Below are positions 53,299 to 64,000 of a DNA stretch of 64,000 bases, one piece after another; the stretch's first letter is position 1, and every line of letters starts with the position of its first letter. The notes under the pieces were generated by a model. That model was not told where the DNA came from. It worked only from the letters and a program-made list of their open reading frames with translations, and searched no databases. The stretch comes from Chrysomallon squamiferum (Eukaryota; Animalia; Mollusca). The position numbers were made by a program, and so were the translations under genes. The DNA lies in NCBI GenBank assembly GCA_012295275.1, contig CM022679.1, positions 2,108,001-2,172,000 of the forward strand. The letters run 5' to 3'.

Positions 53299-55614
53299 TA
53301 ACAAAAAACAAAAACAAACACAACCATGAACCAACAACCTAGCACATCAACATGTTAATATATCATAATATGGAAGTGTAGATAATCTTCATTTGCCAAA
53401 CTTCTTTTGATTACTATAATGTTTATTTTATATTATTATTTGACTTTTCTGTATTATACAGTCTCTGTACTTTCTGAAAATAATATGTAAAAAAACATTA
53501 TTTCCCATTTTTCTTATAATTATATAAAATTATTTATTATAATAATATTTTTATTTATTTGAATTTTTCAGAATTGACTACTAACAGGATCTCTGAGTGA
53601 AAAGTGTGGATAATAACCTAGAGGATTTCTTTATTTGCAGTTCTAAAATATCTGAACCTTCTGTTATTATTTTCAACATTAGATATTTATCTTTTATAAG
53701 AACTTCATAGGATGCAAGTGATTTATTAATGGATTTTTTTATTAGCATAGTTTACATTTTCCATGTAAACAAATAAATTAAGAATATTAAAAATGTATTA
53801 TGGGTAACAATTTTAAGAAAAAAGTTTAAAAGTTTTTGTCTTTTGTGAAGTTAAAATGACAATTGTGGCTACTGGTGGCTGTTACACTCTGTCATCATGT
53901 GTTACTCATCAAACGTTAAGAATTCCTTTAGCTGCTTTGAGAATAAATTCCAGATTTTGTTTTTGACTAGACTGTATTATCATAAATGACAATCACAAAT
54001 GTAGTAGTTCCAAATGGATTTTTGAAATATTTTAGTGAAAATGCTAATTCATACAGGTTGTGACTCCATGCTGTATTATCAGTTCTATATCAGTTTGTTT
54101 ATTGGTCAGTTACATTGTGCATATTAACGCATTGTCTCAGTGACAGAATGTGCTTCTTGCTAATTGTTTAATTGACCTGTCTCCAAATGAACATTTTTAA
54201 ATAATTAAATATAGGTTGAGCCCTTTCTTTCACAAGCTGCAAACCATAAGAAGTTGTATACACAGATTTAATAATGTTTAGCTAAACATATCATAATAGG
54301 AGTTCTTAATCAAACTGTCTACAGCAACACTGATTAATTTATCAACCAGAAGGTATCAGATTCTCGGGTGAAGAGTAAAGATCTAAATAAAATTAAATCT
54401 CCTTTTTATAACTTTTAGCTTTTTCTCATTATTCTGAAGAGAAATAGGATGTAATTTTACAATTCTGTGATCACTGTATATAAAATACAACTGACTGATT
54501 GCTCTATATTTTTTGAAACTTTATTTATATTCTTGATAGACAACAATGGCTGTAAACAGTTAAGTTTATGTCATGTACATATGCATTTGAACAGTTACTG
54601 CCAATCATTTGATGGAATTGTATGTAAATGATCTTGCTAGTTCAGTTTAGAGGTTTGGAGGTGTTTTTTTTTATTTAGCCATTAATGATTAAATCTGAAT
54701 TTACTGCAAGAAGATTTATTTATTTTTTCTGAGATTTATTGTCATCTGGAGTTTACTGCCATTAATATTTTAAACATTTGAATGGGTATATGTTTATTAA
54801 CCACAAAAGATTTACACTAAAAATTGTTTTGGACAGTTTGTTGACATAATTTTTAACCCTATTAATATATACGTAGAAGTTATTTCTTTGTATTTCACTG
54901 ATTTTGTTCTCTTTTTGTCCAAGGATGTTATAGTTTTGACTGTTCATGTAGTGTGATACTGTAAATAATAATAAAAATATATGTATATTTACTGTTACTC
55001 TAAATTGTTGTTTGTTTTTAATTTTGAGAATATTTAAGTTAATAGGTGTGGTTTTTTTATATTGAAAAAAGTTCCATTATAAGGTAAAAAGATATGGCTT
55101 AGATCATAATTACACTAATCAGAAATGTGCATCAATGACTACGTTTTTCTTGAAATGAAATTGGAAAGGAGTGCTCAAAAAGATAAATGAAAGAAATATA
55201 ATAGTAACATTACTTGAAAATTCCATCAATAATGACAACTCTGTGTATGATTGTAATGTTTCATTAAATCTTCATTAATCTGAAAAATAATTAGGTGTGT
55301 ATACGAATATAAGTTATTAATTATAAATAATAGAGGTTTTTTTTAATTAATTTTTTTATATTTTTTTTATAAATATAGCAACTTAAATCTGTATAATAAG
55401 TAAATAACGATTAAAAGATTTGGACATTAACATTACAATAGTAAATGTTTTTTAAAAAGTATTCCGAGAGGCCAAAAATCATTAAAAAATTGAAATGGTA
55501 TTAACAGGCATTTTAATTAAATTAATTAATTAATTTATTAATGTAAAGTACCTTTCACATATTTTAAATTTCAATACATGTATGTAGAAAATATGCAACA
55601 CAGTGAAGTAAATA

Positions 55615-55676
55615 CTGAGTTATTTCCCTTGTCTATCTTCATTTCCGGTTAACAAAAGGTACGCCATATTTCCAAC
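55615..55676 (+). promoter_or_regulatory. EIF3L proximal promoter / 5' UTR
   Basis: ETS-like TTCCGG at about 55643 and YY1 consensus CGCCATATT at 55662-55670, just before CAACATG. Confidence 0.55.
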
Positions 55677-58600
55677 ATGTGGGCTAGCGAAGAACCAGAT
55701 GTAAGTACAGTATAGATTATTTCACTATTTCGACGAATACTTAAAATACAGTGATTATTTGTTTGACGTTTATCCAGAACATAGGCAAATTTGTAATCGA
55801 AAGCATCATCTTATTATTAAAATTATCATCTTGTTAACACTGGTGCCGGCATCATTCGCCGATTTGGGCCATTCTCATTTCATTGTCAGTGATTGATATC
55901 CTTCCATACTGATACAGATCATGCTGTAGTATTGTCATGAATATGTTGAATTCCAATTACAAATTATTTTTTGATTTTATTTTTATTATTATTATTTTTT
56001 TTCATATCTATAAGTGTAAATCATTAAATGTCACCGTACAAAACAACACTAAAATGACATCCATCTGTTTGAGTATTTCATACAAAATTACCTTCACAGT
56101 GAATTACAAACAGTCGTCAGACAGGATCTAGTTCCAGGACCATCGTTTAAAAATACTGAAAGCAAATGATCATTTGACACAGCATCGAAATAGCAGCGTG
56201 AAACAAATGTGCCATATTGACATAACGACGGAAGTACAAGTACATAGTTTGGCAGTTCATTGTAAGCAAAAGGATTAGCGTTATGGCCTGTTGTTTATTG
56301 TTGCATTTTGTTTCTTTCAGTACAATCCCTATGCATTCAGTTACTCAGTACCTGGAGAATATGACATGCACACAGGTATGTTTACCCAAATTATCTGTTT
56401 TACTTTTTATAAATACAGTGGTACCTTGACTTACAAGTGCACCAACATACACGTTTTCTGAGTTACAAGCAGTTATCTGGTTAGTTTTTTGCTTTGAGTT
56501 TTGAACCAAAATCCGAGGTTACAAGTGATCTTCAGATATGCCACCGCTAGTTGGTGCAATGAACAACACAACATTAGCCCAGCATCCTGCATCGTCCTCA
56601 TTTGCTTCACATGTCTCCTCGCTGTGATAGCATCACTGTTGTGTTTTGTGCAGTATTTTGCCAAATTTCTTTTTCTGACCATGGATTGTAAGAAAGTGAG
56701 TGCAAAGGACAGTGCTGAGAAGAAGCAAATGACGTCCACTGAATTAAAACATGAAATCATAGAAAAACATGAGTGAGGTGTGCATGTAGTCAACATGGCT
56801 AGGCAGCATGAGTGTAATTCTTCTATAATAAGTACGATACTGAAGCAGGAGTCAATAAAGGCTATAACTGCAGCCAAAGGCTTAAAATAATTTGTCTGAT
56901 CTCCAAGAGAAATACACTTTACAAAACCAATTTATTTCTTTACATTCTCATTAATTTTGTTTTTATACAAAATTTGTCGTTTATAAATACATTTTTCTTA
57001 TTTAAAAACATGGTACAAAAATTTTGACTGTTTGAGGGCTGGAACAGATTAATGGTATTTCAGTTAATTTCAGTTGGGGAAGATTAATTGGTATACAAGC
57101 TTGGTCATGGAATGAATTAAACTTGTAAGTTGAGGTTCCACTGTATAGATATTTAATCTTGGATAGTTATTAACATATACTAAAAAAAAAAAAAAAAATT
57201 AAAATTTCCATTGTAAATATTTTGCAAGACTTCTTATTTCATATAAAGACATTTTTGTATTGGTATTATATTTTTCATATCATCAAAAGATTTAAACACA
57301 TTTAATAAATGCAGGATCCTTACTTCAGATTAAGACATATTCAGGCTGATGTTTTTATTTATTTATTATTTTATTATTTTTTACATCATCAACAGATATA
57401 AACATGTTTAATAAACATTTTGCTGATGGACGTCAAACACAAATGTTGTTGTAAATATTTTAGGTGACCCGAGACTGGATCAGGAGTATGAACAGAGATA
57501 TCAGCAGACATCTTACATTGTGCCTGAGGTGATCAAGAACTTCCTCATTCAGTTCCAGAAAGTTATCAATGAGCAGAATCTCTTTGAAATTCAAAATGCA
57601 TATGAAAATGGGTTAGTACAAGTTTAACTACTTCATTTCTGTTAAGTTTAATACATTATCTTCAAGTAAACAGTCTTATTCAAAACACAGTTATTATTCA
57701 AACTATTAATTGTTTCAAAAATGTGTTGTTGTTTTTTCTTTAAGAACAGATGTTTGATCATGTTGATTTTTTTTATATTGTTACAAATACTGTGATGCAA
57801 AATAATAAAAGATAGTTTTAATTTTTGGAATAGGTATATTTTTTGTTTGATTTATTAAAACGTGTATGCAGTTTGTACCATGTTCATATTTTCACTTTTA
57901 GATATTTTAATTTTTTTTTTTTTATAAAAAGTTTCAATTAAAGGATGTTTTTTGGGGGGTGGGTTTTGGTAACAGTTTAGTAGATCATTTTCATTTTATC
58001 CTTTAAGTTGTTCTTAATGTTTATTGCTAGTTTGTTTTTAAATTTAAAAATAAGTAATTAAAATTGTTTATATTGTTTTCATTATATTTTAAATTGAGTA
58101 AATAATGTGAATTACTTTTGTTCATTAAAGATTCAACAAGCTGACTGACAGGTTTTTCAAAAACTCACCTTGGCCTGAATCAGAACATGTTGCTCCCATA
58201 GTCAACAATGGTTTGTGTTTTTAAACAGTTTTATCATTTTCTTTGTAAATATTATTTATTATGTTTAATACAATTATGTCTGAAAAATGATTTTCTTTCT
58301 TTGGTCACTAACAGACAACAACAAGCAGAGTAATTTGCTGTTTTTGGGAAGGTGGATATTTTAGACAATTTGCAGCTAGTAAATAAAAATAATGTATGAA
58401 ATGATAGAAATTGGTGTTTTTTGCCAGCCTCCATAAATTTAAAATATCCAAAATTAAATATAAAACAAGTAAAATACATTCAAGATTATTATGTAAAAAT
58501 AAGCATTATTTCATTTCTTTTGCAGATCCGATGTTTATAATTCTGTACAAGGAGTTGTATTACAGACATATTTATGCCAGAGTTACAGTATGTGATATAG

Positions 58601-61600
58601 ATTATGTATACACACATGTATTTCTTATTGTTGAAAATCGAACATGTTTAATAATCATAGAAAGTATTTACAAAATCACCATACACTGAAAGCCTAAAGT
58701 AATGTCTAATGGCCTGTTATTATTTTTATTTTTATTTTTTTATTAACTTTTAATGACTTTTTTAAAATTTTAATGAGTTATTAATTTTTAAAACCCATCA
58801 AACACATTATTTAACTGAAAGAATTACCAGAACTTGTTTGGCTGGTTGGTTCACTTTTTTTTACATTTATGTGAAAGTGCAATTTATATATTTATTTTCT
58901 GTCATTTTATTTGAATTTTTTTTTTTTTTTCAGAATGGGCCTTCCCTGGAACAGAGGTTTGAGTCTTACTACAATTACTGTAACCTGTTCAACTTCATCC
59001 TGAGTATGTTACACACTGAGTGTTAATCATTTCTAGATTTACTTAGATAACTTTATTGTGATTCATCTGCTATTCATGTTCAGATATTTAATAACACATT
59101 AAGAAATGTTTTTATGTAAATTATTTCTTTTTTCTACTTTTGTGATATTTTAGAACACTTAATGTTTAAACTATGACAAAAAAAATTATAACTGAATTTG
59201 CATTTCTTTTGTTTTCATGTTTGTGCTCTTTTTCTTTCACTGATGCAAGGTTTTTTTTTCAGAAAGAAAATGTTTTTCATATATCGATATTTGTTGTTAA
59301 ATAGTGAAATCTACCATTATGTCATTTATCAGTAAAATGTTTCAAGAAAAAAATCATTTTAAATTTGAAATTTCAAAGTATTATTTAGTGAAATGATAAA
59401 ATGATTTATTACTTTTATCTTAATTTGGTTAACTTCAAAATATATTTTATTATTTATAAAACTAGAGACCTTTCATACAGGACTTATGAATGAATATTAC
59501 ATTTTTTGTTTAATTTCAGGTGCTGACGGTCCTGTGGGGTTGGAACTTCCAAACCAGTGGTTATGGGACATCATTGACGAGTTTATTTACCAGGTAGGAC
59601 AGTTACCATGGTAATGAGTACAGTTACTGAAATATACTTCATAAATTAATGTAAATGAAAAGTTTTCAGGTCATTAGTATTTTATTACAGTATTTGGTGA
59701 AGTGCTTGTAAAATAAAAAAAAAAAAAATTGTTTAGATATAATACTTACATATGTATTCTGAAGTCTTATGTCAAACTTTTATAAAGAATTTTATTTTTT
59801 TATTTTTATAACAGTTCCAGTCTTTTAGCATTTTTCGATGCAAGCTGAGTAAAAAGGGAGACGATGAAATTGAGTTTTTGAAGTCCAACCCTAAGGTAAA
59901 TACTTTGTATTGTGTATTTTAACTACTGAATCAGCCAGTGGAGAATTAATACAAGTTTAAATCAGTCCTTTGGACACATCAGTTCCCTTTAGCCACACAG
60001 CTTGTACACAGAAAGAACTAGAACAGACATTTGCCTGTCTGTGCACACTCAGTGGTCAGGAAAATAAACTGATTTGTTTAATTAGCTTTGTGAAGCATTA
60101 GATGGAATGCTGTTGTTAAAAAGTACGTCTGCTGAGACTGAAAAGCTGGGGTGGGGAAAACTTTCTTGTTTTAATTTTTGATGCTGAAGATGAATTATTG
60201 TGTATATTGATTATTTCGCCTGTATAAATGTCTTTGTTTTTTTTTTTCACAGATATGGAATGTACACAGTGTACTCAATGTTCTGCACTCGCTGGTGGAG
60301 AAGTCAAACATCAACAAACAGCTGGAGGTGTACATCAGTGGAGGTAAAATTTTAAAATCAGTTAAACCCCCAGTTTACACACCTCACTGTGTTAGACTTT
60401 ATCACATACTTCCTTCAACAGAGCACGTGAAATCCCACAGACAAGTGCATGCTGTTCATACAGTGTTCAGTAGCTCACCCTAGATTCGGGAGGATGGGTC
60501 ACACCCACTCTTTCCTCAGTATGTTAGCATGCTTCACCGAATCCTCATCTTGTTTCTGTGTAATCCTTTAATATTTCATATTACTGTACTAAAATAATAT
60601 TTATATTAAATTATTATTGCAATGATACTTATGATATTAAAATATTATTACTAAAATAATAGTGTTGATACGAAAATATTATTATTACAGTGATGGTTAT
60701 GATGTAAAGATATTCAACTTCAGTAAAAAAAAATTTGTCCTTTCTTTTATTCCATTTCTGAAAATTGTTAAAATCTGTTCTACATATCGAGATCTATCGT
60801 TTCCTTGTTGTTTCAGGTGATGCAGACAGTGTGGCAGGAGAGTTTGGACAGCATTCTCTGTACAAGATGTTGGGCTACTTCAGTCTGATTGGCTTACTCA
60901 GACTTCACTCTCTACTTGGAGACTACTACCAAGCTCTTAAAGTTCTAGAGAACATTGACTTCAACAAGAAGGTACAGTTCTCTTGTCAGGCTTGAATTAA
61001 TTGATTGATTTTTTTCAAAACTTTCAGTCTCTTAAAATGTAAGAGAATATTGACTTCAACAAAAAGATACACGTCTCTTCCCAGCCTTGAATTCATGTTT
61101 TTTATTGTGGTTTTTTTAAATAATAATATATTTTGCAGTACTGTATAAGATTATTATTTTTAAAGATTTTTTTTCCGGAATAATCTTTTAACTTTAATCT
61201 TCACTACAGAACCTGTATTCCCGAGTTCCAGCTTGTCAAATAACAACTTTCTACTTTGTTGGGTTTGCCTACATGATGATGCGCCGGTACCAGGATGCTA
61301 TTCGCACGTTCTCTAACATTCTGCTGTACATTCAGCGCACCAAGCAGATGTTCCAAAACAAGGCTCAGCTCTATGACCAGGTAACAAAGTTTTTTCTTTT
61401 CCTCACAAATGTAGGAGATATTAAACTTAGAATCAGACCACTTGGGATGTAGATCTTTAGCAGAGCACTGAATCTGAGATGTTAATTTGTAGGACCAAAA
61501 CTGTTTTGAAAAGAGGTCAGACTGTTTCAGTCAATGAGTTTTTATCTCTTGTTATTTGTTCATCCATTTAATTCAGTTGTCTTTAGTTTAAATTTCAGGT

Positions 61601-63811
61601 TAAATATTATTGTTGTTGTTATTAATTATTCATATTACTTTTTATTAAATTTTCAGATCTCTAAACAGAATGATAAAATGTACACCCTTCTTGCTATTTG
61701 TCTTGTTCTTCATCCAATGAGAATAGATGAAAGTGTCCATTCACAGCTTCGTGAGAAGTTTGCTGACAAAATGCTGAGAATGCAGAAAGGGTAATCTCTT
61801 TATAAACATTACACTTAAATCTAACAACCTTTAAATTTAAGATGTATTTATGGTGTTAAACTGCTTAAAATATTGTCCCAAAATAACTATAAAATATTGG
61901 TTAATCGATAACCCTTTTATGATACTGAGATAGGAAATATTTTACTACACATTATGAACATTTTCTTAATTAAATGCATTTTAGGGGTTCTAAAAATTTG
62001 AATTATTAAAATATACAAGTTTATTTAAATATGCCTTTTTTTAACTGCTGACTAAGATTTTGTATGTATATGTATATTTCTGCTTATATATATATTTTTT
62101 TCACAGAGATACTGTAGAGTTTGAGACTTCATTCTCTTTTGCTTGTCCAAAGTTTTTGTCTCCAGTTGCTCCAAATTACGACACAGTTGGAAATAGTTTC
62201 CATAAAGTAAGTTGCTGAATATAATTTTGAATAAGTGCACAATATACGTAAAACAATTCTTTTTTTATTTCCATAAAAAAATAAATTATATGAGTTTTCA
62301 GAGCAGTATCAAGAGCTGTGAATTCTTACAAACATTTTCTGTATTTTTTCTTATTTTTTAAATCAGTAAATAGGTTATGAATTTTTGGTTTAATAATTGA
62401 TTTTAATGTTGAGATAAATCCTGTCTGTTGCACACAGTTCAAACACTATTCCCAGGATGTTTTGGAAATATGATGTATATTTCACCTATGTGTATGGAAA
62501 ACTCTGGGAAAGTTGTTATTTCAAAAAGTTACGGAAATGTTTAAATTTTTCATGTGTGTATTGTGGATGGTTATATGAGTAACTGACTTTCTTTCAGGAA
62601 CCCTTTCAACTTCAGCTGAAAGTGTTTCTAGAGGAAGTAACACAGCAGCATCTAATACCAACCATCAGGAGGTGATTTTTTTATCTATTTAAATTCAACT
62701 TAAAGTGAAGCTTCTATTTGTTATTGTTCATCCATCTTTATACTTAACTGTTTTAGAAAAAAACCTGATTCTTTTTAGCTCTGCACAAAAGTGTTTTGCT
62801 GGCTTTTTTCTTTGACACAGAAACAGAAGTTTACAAATAAACTGCTTATTCTGAGATCTCTTATTTCAGTTTATAGCAAATAAATACAGACTGAACAAGC
62901 ATTTCTGAAATCTGCAGTAATGTTGATTTTTATTACAGCTACCTCAAGCTGTATACTACTCTTCCAATTGCAAAACTAGCAACCTTCATGGACATGGTAA
63001 GTGAAATGCTGTTTATTAAACATTTTAATACATTTAAAAAAAGTGTGTTTTTGATTAGCTAAATCTGTGTACTTTTGTTCATGTTAATTTAAATATGAAA
63101 TAAGTAACATCTATGTACATTATAAAGCAGTGCTGCCTGACGTCCAGCCCACGAAGCCTTAGAATCCGGCCTGCTAGTCAGTCTTCAGTTTATTCCTTAA
63201 TTATTCAATAAAATTGTTTTATTATTGAAATACAAAGCCATTTATTTGAACAAATGTTTTTTTAATCTTGATCAATTGTTAAATTTGTTTTATAGAATGT
63301 ACCATTCTAAATCAAAATTTTTAATGGTCATTTTGTATTCAGGTAATATCTGGAGACTATAATTTTTTGATAGCAGTGAAGAAGTAATATAAATAGTATC
63401 ATATGTAGGACCCCTATGTTTAAATTGAGTTATGAATTATAATTGTATAATGGATAATTTCTATAAATAGAATAATAGAATCAATATTTTCAGTTCTGAA
63501 TACTTTTTCAAACCATTTCAAGTAGTTGTATTAAAAAATGAAAGGCTAGAAATGTGAGTCCGGCCCACTGGCATCGTTTTTTCTTAAATCCAGCCCATGT
63601 TCGGAAAAGGTTGGGCAGCACTGTTATACACACACACACACAGACACACACTGTATATTGTTGGGTTTGTGTGTGTGTGTGTGTGTGTGTCTGTCTGTCT
63701 GTTATATAAGGGTCCAGGTAATATATATATCTGTTTCAGAACTTTTTTTCACATCTAAAATTTTTATTTCAGAGTGAGGAAGAGTTAAGGACACATTTGA
63801 TGTGTTTTAAG
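55677..63811 (+). CDS. EIF3L: Eukaryotic translation initiation factor 3 subunit L (3' end beyond the window)
   Basis: Exons 55677-55700, 56321-56375, 57464-57611, 58131-58210, 58526-58587, 58934-59003, 59520-59593, 59815-59895, 60253-60343, 60817-60971, 61210-61380, 61657-61790, 62107-62206, 62598-62671, 62939-62996, 63773-63811. Motifs: [98 protein letters not shown]. Confidence 0.98.
56416..57143 (+). mobile_element. Internally deleted Tigger/pogo-family DNA transposon in EIF3L intron 2
   Basis: TA target duplication at 56414-15 and 57144-45. The 23-bp TIRs CAGTGGTACCTTGACTTACAAGT / CAGTGGAACCTCAACTTACAAGT differ at 3 positions. A decayed transposase N-terminal HTH starts at about 56681: [25 protein letters not shown]...ARQ...TILKQ. 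Confidence 0.92.
61029..61093 (+). repeat. Diverged local duplicate of the EIF3L exon 10 3' end and donor
   Basis: CTCTTAA...GAGAAxATTGACTTCAACAAxAAG...TCTCTT...CTTGAATT occurs at 60934-60998 and again at 61029-61093. The copy reads AAG|ATAC instead of AAG|GTAC. Confidence 0.85.
63128..63623. mobile_element. Non-autonomous hAT (Charlie-like) MITE in EIF3L intron 15
   Basis: TIRs CAGTGCTGCCTGAC / CAGTGCTGCCCAAC. Subterminal CCGGCC/CAGCCC motifs occur at both ends. The imperfect 8-bp flanks TTATAAAG / TTATACAC are consistent with a decayed hAT TSD. Confidence 0.8.
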
Positions 63812-64000
63812 GTAAATATAAATTTCACTTGCTATCCACTGAAAACTTATGACCTGATATTGTTTTTAGTAGTTGTTTTATTTGCAATGTGTATTTTAAA
63901 GATAAATAGTAATGTGTGGAAAACTGATCATTTTAGAGATAAAAACAGGAATTTTTTTTATTATTTTGTTTTTGTATTTTACTTTAAAAACAGACCAGAA

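Noticed and set aside
55880-55945. Box C/D snoRNA in EIF3L intron 1 (GTGATTGA...CTGA)
   Set aside because: The C box is imperfect, and I found no terminal stem or recognisable rRNA guide.
56473-56877. Independent genes from ORFs 56473-56877 (-) and 56501-56776 (+)
   Set aside because: Both lie inside the Tigger remnant; the transposase frame is broken by a stop and a deletion.
60478-60550. Hammerhead ribozyme on the minus strand (CTGAGGA...stem...CGAA)
   Set aside because: The core reads GAAT rather than GAAA, and no proper stem I or UH cleavage site can be built.

Overview
AT-rich, intron-dense animal genomic DNA, not prokaryotic; the repeat content looks molluscan, which is an inference. 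By hand-splicing GT-AG exons I can build six protein-coding genes. In order: ALYREF/THOC4 (+, 18940-23836, 6 coding exons, 274 aa); two tandem paralogous Lys/Ser-rich genes I do not recognise (+, 25933-29909, about 745 aa; +, 31425-34527, 772 aa); UBE2O (-, 52181-39176, 20 coding exons, about 1406 aa); SMDT1/EMRE (+, 52856-53137), head-to-head with UBE2O; and EIF3L (+, from 55677, running off the window). The first ~18 kb has no credible CDS. It holds minisatellites, microsatellites, SINE/MITE remnants and possible non-coding exons or promoter elements of a minus-strand gene off the left edge. EIF3L introns contain a Tigger/pogo derivative and a hAT-type MITE. The unrecognised paralogue pair is the most unusual part: an 89-nt near-identical tract in otherwise very divergent genes, a frame-switching 110-nt exitron-like intron in one copy only, and CRE motifs upstream of both. 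Also notable are a VKxE x5 plus TQT/VQT motif cluster in the giant UBE2O exon, a cryptic microexon/PTC cassette in ALYREF intron 1, and tandemly duplicated splice sites. All gene models are manual and untested against transcripts.
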